Shown: piece after piece, positions 54,966 to 64,000 of the stretch
Layout: each line of letters opens with the position of its first letter
Numbering within the stretch: position 1 is the first letter of the stretch
IMG/VR virus record: IMGVR_UViG_3300044568_003163
Location: 62,001-126,000 of that record
Length of the DNA: 64,000 nt
Direction: 5' to 3' (one strand)
Notes under the pieces: model-generated
What the model was told of the DNA's origin: nothing
The model's input: only the letters and a program-made list of their open reading frames with translations
Databases searched by the model: none
Program-made: the position numbers and the translations under genes

Positions 54966-55169
54966 TTATTTCTTTTGTTCTAAGCCATCACTATAAGCCC
55001 AACGAATAGCTGAAAATACATCAGCAGCTAAAGGAGAATTAAATGTCGAACCTTTCATTGACAACCCGAATTTCTTAAATTGTTTAAATGCCTGAATAGC
55101 ATATTCTCTCGCTTCATCATCACCGGAAGATTCAATTAAATACTCGTCGTATGTTGGTAAGTTTTTCAT
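54966..55169 (-). CDS. CTS-like-peptide small protein
   Basis: MKNLPTYDEYLIE. Confidence 0.6.
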   Translation of the reverse strand: MKNLPTYDEYLIESSGDDEAREYAIQAFKQFKKFGLSMKGSTFNSPLAADVFSAIRWAYSDGLEQKK

Positions 55170-55223
55170 TGTAGCAACTTCTTTTTTATTATGTATCTCA
55201 GACTCCCTCGATTAGCTATCGAA

Positions 55224-55592
55224 CTATTTCCCAGTTTTCTTCAAGTCCTGAGGCCCCGAGGAGGCTTTTTCCGCAGCCAACACCTCAACGGCACTAATCA
55301 AATCGACGACCTCTTGACAGTCCTCGTATTCCTCCTCTTCTACTCGATGGTCTAAAATCTTACCTAAAGCCGTAATAGCATCAGTCAATCGGATAGACAC
55401 CCATACTGACGAATAAGTTTCAATACACCAGATTTCCAAACACATATCGGTCGTACTCCGGAATTCTAACATCCGCTTACACCCGAGTACAATTTGACTA
55501 TGAATAAATGATTTATCTTTAATAGCATTCTCCACTTCATCCAATGTCTTACAATAGAGACGAGTCCACTTTTGTTCCTTAGTTATAACCAT
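55224..55592 (-). CDS. hypothetical protein with UVR-like tail
   Basis: EEEYEDC. Confidence 0.55.
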   Translation of the reverse strand: MVITKEQKWTRLYCKTLDEVENAIKDKSFIHSQIVLGCKRMLEFRSTTDMCLEIWCIETYSSVWVSIRLTDAITALGKILDHRVEEEEYEDCQEVVDLISAVEVLAAEKASSGPQDLKKTGK

Positions 55593-55715
55593 GTTCTACC
55601 GATGATTAAACCTGTCAGCAACCCTGCTAGATAGGTAATTAACATGAGCCTAATCCAGAAAGAAGGCGTTTTTACTTTTATGTGTATCATATTATATGTA
55701 TCGCATTACAACTGA

Positions 55716-56096
55716 TTAAGATGAGCAAGCGGTGTAGTACATGATACAAATAACAACCGCATGTAAGAATTGGTCGAATCCAAATAAAATCCAATGCCAT
55801 TTAGAGGCTGGAGATTGTACAATTGGAAACCATACATTCATCCGACCTTTCCATAAGTCAATCAGAAAATGCGATAACAATTGAAACATAACCAAATTAA
55901 ACCAAAGGGCGAAGGTCATCTGACCAAATGCTAATACAATAGCCATGAGGGTAGCATGAACGGCAGCATGGGCAAAGATAGGGAGTAGAGGCTTACCGAC
56001 AGCTTTAGCATTAAGCATCCAAGAGGTCGATAACCAAGTAAAGTCAGCTAAAAAGTGACAGAAGAAGAGGGCAATAAGTAAGTAGCAATTATCCAT
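55716..56096 (-). CDS. DUF3307-family membrane protein
   Basis: HFLADF, H...H, SHFLID..K, DQFLH. Confidence 0.85.
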   Translation of the reverse strand: MDNCYLLIALFFCHFLADFTWLSTSWMLNAKAVGKPLLPIFAHAAVHATLMAIVLAFGQMTFALWFNLVMFQLLSHFLIDLWKGRMNVWFPIVQSPASKWHWILFGFDQFLHAVVICIMYYTACSS

Positions 56097-56116
56097 AGAG
56101 TATTAATTTATAGTAA

Positions 56117-56144
56117 TTATATGAAGGCGCCGCGGATGAGTTTC
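56117..56144 (-). promoter_or_regulatory. class II promoter GAAAC-N16-CATATAA
   Basis: Exact motif, 20 nt upstream of the DUF3307 start. Confidence 0.7.
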
Positions 56145-56149
56145 GAGGG

Positions 56150-57075
56150 CCACTCGAATTCCCTGAAAAAAATTTTATGACAGTGATTTTAGGCCGAAAG
56201 TTTAACCAGTGTTAGGGTTGGGCTTTAGCCGGCCACAGATCTATTTCCAGAGCGAAAAGTGCCTGGAATTGCATGCCCACAGGGCCCGGCACAAATCCTC
56301 CGCGTCATTAACGCAACTCAGGGATCCTATGACCTGAGGCCTTTCTAGCTTCTCAAAAAGTCACCTCGGGAAAAGTTGATAGCTAGGTCACTTTCTCCAC
56401 TCTCTTCGACCTCGAGCTCTCTTAGGCTACTCGCCACCTTCTCTACCCTAATCCTCCCTTCTACTCCCTCAAGGTGTAGCACCTCTACTCTCCTACCCTA
56501 CTTCTACTCTTAAGGCTACCTACCTCTCTACCCCTCTACTCTCTTAGACCTTCCTCTACTAGCTACTACACTCTTATTGCCTATTTGCCTTTCTACTACG
56601 CTACGCTTACTCTATAAAGAGAGCCTACCTATACGTATGTAATGCACTCTATACGAGAGCCTCTATCTAGTGTGTAGTGTTAGGTAGTTATAACAGGTGA
56701 AGGTGGCAAGGGTAGGGAGTGATGTAGGAGTACGTACACTAGGGTGGTGGTAGAGCCTCGCTACCCTACGAGTGTTGTGGACTGGTAAGGTTAGAAGGCT
56801 GCTGACTGGTACGTACCTGAGTGGCTACCTGTCTGGTACGTGTCTGAGGTGACTGCCAGGGTCAACCTGGGTGGTCCTAGACAGTCCCTGGGATGACCTA
56901 GGAGTGGTCCTGGAGGTACGTACCTGGAGTACGTGTCTAGAAGTGGTCCTAGAGTGGTCCCTGGAGAAAGTTAATATATGGCCGTCTCGGAATGAACCTG
57001 GAGAAAGCCACTAAACCCCTCAAAGGCCATATATATTTGACTATATATGGCCTAAGATTCGATCAAATTAAAAAA
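56150..57075. other. GC-rich non-coding region with a strand-skew switch
   Basis: No ORF of 60 aa or more; C/T-rich half then G-rich half; short repeats. Confidence 0.7.
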
Positions 57076-57079
57076 TCAC

Positions 57080-58168
57080 TTAGAATGGTTGATTTAGGAC
57101 CAAATTAGCGGTATCAAAGTTTTTGGCAAGTATATCACCTGCAACCATTTGTAAGTGTGTATCAGAATTGGCTTTTTTCTCAAAGCCATAATTATGTGAT
57201 GCGAAATCAGTTACTCCATTAATGACATCCCATACTGAAACTCCTGTTCTTAGATTAGCCTTTTGTTTGGCATTTAACTTAGTAGTATCTAAATTAGCAC
57301 CATGTATTCTATTATATGTGTTTTTATGGCCTTTGAAAAACATCTCTAACTCATTTTGTTGGATATTAGAGTTATTAAGGAGTAAATTAGCACCTTGCTC
57401 TAGCTCTAATAGTGAGGCAGGAGTATTAATAGCTTCAATAACCTTTTGGTTAAATGCGGTAGGTACGAAATTCATTTTTTCGATACGTTCCATATGCTCA
57501 TAAAATTCTTGCCATGTTCTTGCATCCATACTACGAAGATTGAAGGACTCATCGAATGCTCTTAAGACATTACCATTTGTACATACTAGACGGTCCATAT
57601 AAGGGTCAGCCTGGAGTCCATTTGCCGTTCTGGCCAAAGATATACCAGTTTGAAATACCTCATTGGATAGGTTTTCCACTTGGTGTTGATTACCTTGACC
57701 ATTAATTGCTCTTATATAGATATTACCATTTCCTTTATTGAAATCGGTTGAGGTAATTTCCAAATTATGAGTATTGGCTAGACGTTCGAAAGTATCAAAG
57801 TATGTTTCAGCAGAGATAATGGCTGAAGCACCTTCTTTTTGTATACGTGAGATAATACGATCGGGTGTAACTGCTATAGTTACTTGCATAGACTTGTTTT
57901 GGCCAATTGCATTTTTTAGGGAATTTAAAAACATTTGAGCTCCATCTTCACCTACTGATGAGGTAAGATTTTTTAATCCAGTTGAGGAGAATCCTACTAT
58001 CTGAAGTAAGTCTTTAATAGCTTGTCGGTCGACTCCTAATTTTAGACCATTGAATTCTACTAGGTCCATAGTAATAAATCTTAAATCCGTAAGAGCAATA
58101 GTTTTTCTTAGGGGTTGATTGCGTAGGCTGGTTTCTTTGAAATTAGCGTACTGTGCTTGTGATATCAT
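57080..58168 (-). CDS. DUF932/DUF945-like protein
   Basis: RLVCTNG and WDVINGVT motifs. Confidence 0.7.
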   Translation of the reverse strand: MISQAQYANFKETSLRNQPLRKTIALTDLRFITMDLVEFNGLKLGVDRQAIKDLLQIVGFSSTGLKNLTSSVGEDGAQMFLNSLKNAIGQNKSMQVTIAVTPDRIISRIQKEGASAIISAETYFDTFERLANTHNLEITSTDFNKGNGNIYIRAINGQGNQHQVENLSNEVFQTGISLARTANGLQADPYMDRLVCTNGNVLRAFDESFNLRSMDARTWQEFYEHMERIEKMNFVPTAFNQKVIEAINTPASLLELEQGANLLLNNSNIQQNELEMFFKGHKNTYNRIHGANLDTTKLNAKQKANLRTGVSVWDVINGVTDFASHNYGFEKKANSDTHLQMVAGDILAKNFDTANLVLNQPF

Positions 58169-58209
58169 ATTGAATGAATTTTTTTGTGTCCTGATGGACT
58201 AGTTATGTA

Positions 58210-58485
58210 TTACAGTTTCGGTGCTTCAACTTTGGTACTTGGTTTTAACTTAATAAAGTAGGATGTTTCCATCGTAGATACTCTAATAGATTTCTGACCA
58301 TTTGTTTCGTCAAATACAACTGCTTTTACCGCTTCATATCCTTTGCATAAGTCTCTTACAAGGCCGATTGCAATGATAGGTTCTTTCGCATTGTTTTGAA
58401 CCAATTGTTTGATTTTGAAATACTGATCTTTTCTTAAACGGTTAGTTACTGGAACCTCATCGTTAACACTTTCTGGTCTTGCCAT
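58210..58485 (-). CDS. hypothetical protein
   Basis: ORF track. Confidence 0.6.
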   Translation of the reverse strand: MARPESVNDEVPVTNRLRKDQYFKIKQLVQNNAKEPIIAIGLVRDLCKGYEAVKAVVFDETNGQKSIRVSTMETSYFIKLKPSTKVEAPKL

Positions 58486-58524
58486 AGTTTTCTTATTTTA
58501 TATGATTAATTTGATAATTAGTTT

Positions 58525-58788
58525 TTAGTAAAAGTAGCCATTGTGAACAATTTGTATAGCTTGTTCGTATTGTTGACCGACTTTTTCTTGTCCTTCTGAA
58601 CCTAAGTAAGAAGGAGTAATTTCTAAGATGCATGTTCCTTTAACAGTATCGATACTCACTAACTTTGACCTTAAGGTAGCAGAATGATTATCTGGACCGA
58701 TTTTTCCTATTACGGATTGAAGGTCGTAAGCCATTCTGTTAATAGTTTGTTGTTGGTACTCAGCGAATTTTGAATCGGACATAAACAT
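58525..58788 (-). CDS. hypothetical protein
   Basis: Has its own class I promoter at 58810-58877 (offset 56). Confidence 0.6.
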   Translation of the reverse strand: MFMSDSKFAEYQQQTINRMAYDLQSVIGKIGPDNHSATLRSKLVSIDTVKGTCILEITPSYLGSEGQEKVGQQYEQAIQIVHNGYFY

Positions 58789-58981
58789 AATATGTGTTTT
58801 TAATTATAAGTAAATCTAATCATTTTAGGCGAAACTAGGAAATGATTTGTGCATTATTTTCAAAAAGTTATTAACAATTGAGAGGTGTAGCATATCGATT
58901 TAATGCTCTTAATATTTACTCGGTGAGCACCTCTCAATGTTAATTATCAGTTTACATATTGTAAGTGTTGAGGTTTACAAA

Positions 58982-59272
58982 TTATTTCACTAAGAACCTT
59001 GAAGCTCCAGTTCTTCTTGACTCAACGATTTCAGATAAAATGTTTTTGGTATTTACCACTTGTACGTAGTTTTTTCTAGCGTATAATTGAACAAATACTT
59101 TTCTAGACATATTAATGGTTTTCTCAACGATTGCGTTGGTAGTAGTCATTTGGATTGCATTTTCGTTTAAGGCAGTAATCTCGAAAATGTTGTTAGCACC
59201 ATTACGGATAATTTGACCTTTTGCAATTGTAGCGTTGATTGTTGTTTCTGAGGTAGTGTTGATTGTTGTCAT
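58982..59272 (-). CDS. hypothetical protein
   Basis: Has its own promoter near 59300. Confidence 0.6.
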   Translation of the reverse strand: MTTINTTSETTINATIAKGQIIRNGANNIFEITALNENAIQMTTTNAIVEKTINMSRKVFVQLYARKNYVQVVNTKNILSEIVESRRTGASRFLVK

Positions 59273-59470
59273 AATGAATAAGTTGTTGTTTTTAATTATA
59301 AGTAAATCTAATCATTATTGGCGATACTTGAAAATAAAAACTGTTAAATTTTTGTTAAAGTTTTGAAACTTTTTTGGTCAGCCAGATTATCAAAAGGCAG
59401 GTAATAACACTAGCTATTACAAAGCCTAAGAATAAGCCCATGACCTGGATGGCTATAGTAAATGGATCCA

Positions 59471-59845
59471 TTAGTAGAAAAGAGATAAAAGGTTATTGTA
59501 ATCCGCAGGAGTAGACACTCTAAATGTCTTCATATCTGGTACACAAGTTCCTTTATAATCATCAGTACTGTACTTAGCTTTTGCAAGTTCCATTGCCTCT
59601 TCTTTAGTGTGAGCATATTCACTGTTCCAACCTCCACCTTCAAAGTTAAATAAGAATTCGTATTTAGCTGAGGTAGCCTTTTCTAATTGGTTGATGACGT
59701 CTTGATTTTCAGCCATTTGCTCGAGAATTTCGTTTTCCATTACATCAGATAATTCCATTACATTACACATAGCGTGCATATTAATGTTACGATTCTTAAG
59801 GATAATAATTCTTTCTAAAGCTGATTGTCTCTGTGCTTGTGTCAT
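59471..59845 (-). CDS. hypothetical protein
   Basis: ORF track. Confidence 0.6.
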   Translation of the reverse strand: MTQAQRQSALERIIILKNRNINMHAMCNVMELSDVMENEILEQMAENQDVINQLEKATSAKYEFLFNFEGGGWNSEYAHTKEEAMELAKAKYSTDDYKGTCVPDMKTFRVSTPADYNNLLSLFY

Positions 59846-59969
59846 GATTATTTTATTTTGTTAAAGGTTTTATATAGTCGAAAAAAACTCGTTTTTAAGG
59901 AAATTCTTTGATTGATATTCAAATTACCGTGAATGGTATAAAAATGCTTTAATGCCATAATGTATATTA

Positions 59970-60320
59970 TTAGTTAATGAATGATCCGTTTTCGTCGATT
60001 AGGTTTAGGTTATCTAGAGTCTCATAACCAAGAGGAGTAATGTGCATGGTTCCATAAGCATCGGGAGACCAATAAGGATTACGGGTTTTGTTTCCGTCCT
60101 TGTCGATGTTAAATTTTTTCTCACCTTCTTGGATATTGACAAGACCTTTAGTAGATAGTGAAGCGAAAACTCCACCTCTTTTACTTTTAGGTATTGAACA
60201 GGCATCGTACACTGAGAAATCCCATAAGATAGATTCTCGTCCATTTTCATAGAAATCCGAGTAAGTAATAGATTTCAGAGCAAGTAGCTCGAGGTCGGTA
60301 AGGGTGATTGGAGTTGTCAT
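59970..60320 (-). CDS. winged-helix-like small protein
   Basis: GVFASL..KGLV...IT..G pattern; own promoter at 60344-60411 (offset 56). Confidence 0.5.
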   Translation of the reverse strand: MTTPITLTDLELLALKSITYSDFYENGRESILWDFSVYDACSIPKSKRGGVFASLSTKGLVNIQEGEKKFNIDKDGNKTRNPYWSPDAYGTMHITPLGYETLDNLNLIDENGSFIN

Positions 60321-60744
60321 AACGTATTGTTTTAATTTGATAAGTAAAACTAATCATTTTAGGCGACAAATGGAAATGTTTCGGCAACTATTTTTAGAAA
60401 GTTATTAACAATTTAGAGTGGCCGAAGTTGTGAAAAACCAGGTAGTAGACTAGCTGATGTTGTACTAGGGTTGATAAAAGCCACAAAAAGCCAGACGGGA
60501 GTCTAGCTGGGTGTATAAAGGTGAATCGGATTTCGCTTCGCCGGTATTGTGGGTGAGCCATTAGGCCTTTCTGGTATTGGAGTACTTTGCATTTTATTGA
60601 CGACGGCGAGTATCGAACGAGCTCATCTATTACATTTTTGTCTGCTCGGTGGACTAGGAGTAATAATCTTTCATTGAAATGCTCCTCCTCGCACGGGTGC
60701 ACGATAGGCACACATGTGCTGGAGTGGCTTACTTACTCGCTACC

Positions 60745-60969
60745 CTACTGCATGTTTCTAAAATCATCATCATTAGGTCCTTCTATTAGGATTCTTATTA
60801 CATGATATACGAATAGGCAGATAGCTATAGGCCATAATAAGATGAGATTGATACGTTCACTATTAGACTTGATTTGATATTCTTGTATAGCTGTAGACTT
60901 TAATATAAGTTCTGCTATGATAGAGACTATTGAGCCTATTACTAGATAGATGGAGATGTTGTATAACAT
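60745..60969 (-). CDS. 2-TM membrane protein
   Basis: Two hydrophobic segments; LLWP. Confidence 0.6.
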   Translation of the reverse strand: MLYNISIYLVIGSIVSIIAELILKSTAIQEYQIKSNSERINLILLWPIAICLFVYHVIRILIEGPNDDDFRNMQ

Positions 60970-61018
60970 TTTTATTATTTAGTGGTGGTAGGAATTTTTA
61001 TTTTGTGGCGAACGGTCG

Positions 61019-61480
61019 CTAGGATGACTTGGTAGCCGCGTTCCTGGAGAGCATTTCGTTGATAATTTTAACTTCGACTTGATGGTGGATGCTCTTCTTG
61101 TATTTAGTCGTTGACCATTTATGAGAACGGTCAACAAAGATGATTGGATTTGGTAGCTCCTTACCGGTAAATGGTTGATCGATATAATCGTCACCTAAAA
61201 ACCGGACTGATGTTGGATTGTCCTTCATCCAATTGAGAAATCCTTCTTCGGTATGATAAACTCCTATCTGGTCAACGGATCTCAATTCTAATAAGATAAC
61301 AGCTCTCTCTTCGACTGAGAGTACAGGTGCTAATTTATGAGGTCTTTCTGCGGATGGGTCGACATGTATTAAGACAACGAGTTTTTCGCAATGTGCTTTC
61401 GCATCGCCAAATAACTTAATGTAACCAGGATGTATCACATCAAAGGCACCGGCTACAAAGCCTACTTCGTATTTTTTCAT
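61019..61480 (-). CDS. cytidylyltransferase-like (TagD/RfaE family)
   Basis: GAFDVIHPGY, EER, GDDY, STT. Confidence 0.85.
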   Translation of the reverse strand: MKKYEVGFVAGAFDVIHPGYIKLFGDAKAHCEKLVVLIHVDPSAERPHKLAPVLSVEERAVILLELRSVDQIGVYHTEEGFLNWMKDNPTSVRFLGDDYIDQPFTGKELPNPIIFVDRSHKWSTTKYKKSIHHQVEVKIINEMLSRNAATKSS

Positions 61481-61683
61481 AGATTTCTAGCTTTTAACAT
61501 GGCATCGGCTATCTTATAGCTTTCTGCGGCTCGGCTATCGTAGTTTGTTAACACTGAGCCATATTTTGCAGTAAATCCTTGCATTGCGGCTGCCGCAAAA
61601 TAATCTCTTAAGGACATGCCAGAATATTCTTCTTGTACAGTATCAGCTGGAAATGCGTTAGGGTTAGGTGGTTTTGTTTCCAT
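61477..61683 (-). CDS. conserved phage protein
   Basis: GMSLRDYFAA.AMQ...ADAML motif. Confidence 0.75.
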   Translation of the reverse strand: METKPPNPNAFPADTVQEEYSGMSLRDYFAAAAMQGFTAKYGSVLTNYDSRAAESYKIADAMLKARNL

Positions 61684-61970
61684 TAAAATTTAATTTGATT
61701 GTTAGTAAATAGCTTTTCAGTTTGTCGAACGATGGCTTCTTCATAAGTTTCTTCTCGGTCCTTCTTCCACCATTTCGTATGTTTAACCATTTCTCGTTTA
61801 ACGATGTTTTCGTCACCTCGTTGTTCGGTTTCTAATGCGCCAAAGTTGACAAGTCCAGCTTCTAAATAGCCTAAATGTGCATATAGAGCAGGAGTGCCCA
61901 TATGGTCTCTTTTGGTTTTGAGTGTATTATAGCAATATTGCAAGTGGCTGAGAGTAAGTTTATTCTCCAT
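61683..61970 (-). CDS. hypothetical protein
   Basis: ORF track. Confidence 0.55.
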   Translation of the reverse strand: MENKLTLSHLQYCYNTLKTKRDHMGTPALYAHLGYLEAGLVNFGALETEQRGDENIVKREMVKHTKWWKKDREETYEEAIVRQTEKLFTNNQIKF

Positions 61971-61973
61971 AAT

Positions 61974-62183
61974 TTATTTCTTGTTAGCGGGTTCGAATGT
62001 TGACGTATACCAATTTTTGTCGTATAAACCTTTTGGCCATTCTTTTGATTCGATTACAACACCTTGAAATTCTTTACTCGAGTAGTTGCAGGTAGTTTCA
62101 GTACACATAATTATAGTGTTACCTGATTTGTTTGTGTATAATTCTCCTTTTAGGAAAACTTTTCTTTCTATAAAATCTTCCAT
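61974..62183 (-). CDS. hypothetical protein
   Basis: ORF track. Confidence 0.55.
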   Translation of the reverse strand: MEDFIERKVFLKGELYTNKSGNTIIMCTETTCNYSSKEFQGVVIESKEWPKGLYDKNWYTSTFEPANKK

Positions 62184-62186
62184 ATC

Positions 62187-62762
62187 TTATTGGTTTTCGT
62201 CATAATATCCGTAATCTACTCCTGTGCAATCGACGCATCTATCGCATTGTTCTAAACATTGTTCGTCATAATCTACCTTATCGCCGCAATAGAAGTTTCT
62301 TTTGCGTTTGCTGTTTTCTAGCTTTTCAGTTTCATATTTAGTTAAAATCCATCTAACATTCGTTTCCGTATCTTTGCCTTCTAGGCCAGCTTCAACGATA
62401 TTGTATTGGTTGTAGCCGGCATTATAAGCTCTTCGCATTAACTCTAAAATATCTACATTGGTTAGGCTGAAAGTTTTTTGTGCTAATTTATAACCATCAA
62501 TAAATGATAGTTCATCTCCATATTGATTTCTTTCAACCGATGATAGTAAATAATTTTCAGCAAGTTTATCAAGTGTTTCTTGTTTAGGTTCTTCTAATGT
62601 AATTTCCTTCAATGATTGTAATTCTATAATACTTCGATTTCCAAAACCTATTTGTTTTAATTTTCGAGGTTCTATGTTAATAGCCTCTTCGAAAGTTATA
62701 TTAAATTGTTTAAAGGAATTTTCTAACCTTGCCGATATTTCTTGTTCGTTGTTATTTGTCAT
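62187..62762 (-). CDS. mosaic hypothetical protein; N-terminus resembles RNAP alpha-CTD
   Basis: ISARLENS...GFGNRSI.EL pattern. Confidence 0.45.
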   Translation of the reverse strand: MTNNNEQEISARLENSFKQFNITFEEAINIEPRKLKQIGFGNRSIIELQSLKEITLEEPKQETLDKLAENYLLSSVERNQYGDELSFIDGYKLAQKTFSLTNVDILELMRRAYNAGYNQYNIVEAGLEGKDTETNVRWILTKYETEKLENSKRKRNFYCGDKVDYDEQCLEQCDRCVDCTGVDYGYYDENQ

Positions 62763-63174
62763 CTTCTATATCTTTAGGTCCACATTCACATGTTGTAGTG
62801 TGTCCACAATAGCATTTTATTTCGATTGTATCTTCGATGCAAGTACATGACTCTAATGCTGTATTGCAATCATTACATACTTTTGGCAGCCATTTGATGT
62901 TGGCAAGTATTTCTCTAGCTCTATCATTACTCTTTTTGAATAGCTCTTGACCTTTAAATTTGTCGATGAATTCTTTAAGTTTAGCCTTCTTGTCGTCGTT
63001 AAAGACTTCTTCGTGAGTAATTTCCCTTTTAGAAACTTTCGATTCTTCTTCATCTACTTCCGTGATAGATGAGATTTTGAAATTGTATCTTTTTATCCAA
63101 CTAGCTAATTCACTAGATTCCATTGTTGATACTGAACTACCAAATTCGGTAAAATATCTGACTGCTACTTTCAT
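62752..63174 (-). CDS. Cys-rich hypothetical protein
   Basis: CYCGHT..C.C. Confidence 0.55.
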   Translation of the reverse strand: MKVAVRYFTEFGSSVSTMESSELASWIKRYNFKISSITEVDEEESKVSKREITHEEVFNDDKKAKLKEFIDKFKGQELFKKSNDRAREILANIKWLPKVCNDCNTALESCTCIEDTIEIKCYCGHTTTCECGPKDIEDDK

Positions 63175-63262
63175 ATTAATTTATTATGACATTATGACAT
63201 ACATTACTATTTCTACAAATATTATAAATAAGGCAAACATACAGATTGCAAATTTATCGTCA

Positions 63263-63802
63263 CTACTCAACCGTTTCACTTGTTCTGCGTTTTGGTTGAT
63301 GCTTAGCTAAACGCATTTCAATTTTGTTGACTAACTTTAGATTTTTGTACATTTCTATATTGTCAAGGTATTTTTGATGTCCGGCTTTTGCCACTTTAAT
63401 TAAATCCGATTCTTCAGCATCGGTAAGTTCATAAACTAAATCACCACATTGAATTTTTGTTACAAAATTCCATTCTCGTTCACATAATACAATATTCGGA
63501 CGAAGAAACCTTTTCTTAAAGATTGTTTCCTTTTCGTTAATATTTGTGCTAGTGTATACTCGAATGTCAGGTTCACCATCAGGAAATTTCAAACTAAAAG
63601 AAAGAATGTCTCGTTCAAAATATTCTCTTTTAGGGTAAGCACCATTATCTACTGCAATGTCAGTTAACCATTTAGTGCAATAATTACCTTTCCATGTCGG
63701 ATCACATCCACCAACAATACTATTGATGGTGTCTTTAAATACTGACTTGTCGGTCATACCCTCAATTTCGAGATGAATTAGTCTTAGTAGTTTTTCTTTC
63801 AT
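63263..63802 (-). CDS. hypothetical protein
   Basis: ORF track. Confidence 0.6.
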   Translation of the reverse strand: MKEKLLRLIHLEIEGMTDKSVFKDTINSIVGGCDPTWKGNYCTKWLTDIAVDNGAYPKREYFERDILSFSLKFPDGEPDIRVYTSTNINEKETIFKKRFLRPNIVLCEREWNFVTKIQCGDLVYELTDAEESDLIKVAKAGHQKYLDNIEMYKNLKLVNKIEMRLAKHQPKRRTSETVE

Positions 63803-64000
63803 GATTACTTGTTTCTTGATTTTAATAATTCAACTGCTATTTCGATACCATCTAACTTAGCTTCGTAATAACCTATGGCATTGTCGTCTGTAGTTTCCTC
63901 TTCTCCTTCTTGTAAATAAGAATATACATCGGCAATAAAGGTAGGTTGACCTTCTAATGTGTGACCTTCATATGTTACTTGAACAATAATATCATGTTCA

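Noticed and set aside
1444-60411. Dispersed ~60-bp repeats as IS ends or attC sites
   Set aside because: No transposase or integrase; constant orientation just upstream of gene starts fits promoters
7884-63310. Other short plus-strand ORFs
   Set aside because: Almost all are antisense to well-supported minus-strand genes and have no recognisable motifs
1-64000. Stop-codon recoding or suppressor tRNAs
   Set aside because: Genes are intact and tightly packed in the standard code; no CTA, TTA or TCA anticodon was found

Overview
This window is a piece of a large, AT-rich lytic phage genome, probably a jumbo phage. Nearly all genes are on the minus strand and use the standard code. Repeated TAnnTTTG-type promoters point to a Bacteroidota host. 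Positions 1.6-9.3 kb hold a tRNA array of about 35 canonical tRNAs covering all 20 amino acids, mostly without encoded CCA, interleaved with tRNA-like and other structured ncRNA candidates. The main find is that the array is split into three blocks, each headed by the same cassette: a GAAAC-N16-CATATAA promoter, a 24-32 aa leader ORF, an antiterminator segment and an intrinsic terminator. Each leader is rich in the codons read by the tRNAs of its own block, which suggests ribosome-stalling attenuators that sense tRNA depletion. Positions 10-30 kb carry accessory genes: RNA ligase, CCA-adding enzyme, an NAMPT/PRS/Macro NAD cluster, RadA-like ATPase, Hsp20, photolyase-like, HD and NT5C. Positions 30-41 kb carry fibre/collagen proteins and a GAF-PAS histidine kinase plus receiver between two peptidoglycan hydrolases. 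At 42.3 kb is a stand-alone DnaA domain IV, while DnaA-box-like sites sit at fixed phase upstream of most host-type promoters. Positions 45-55 kb are an array of about 16 proteins with T4-CTS-like N-terminal peptides. Positions 56-57 kb are a skew-switching non-coding region next to a DUF932 gene. All calls were made by eye and none were database-verified.
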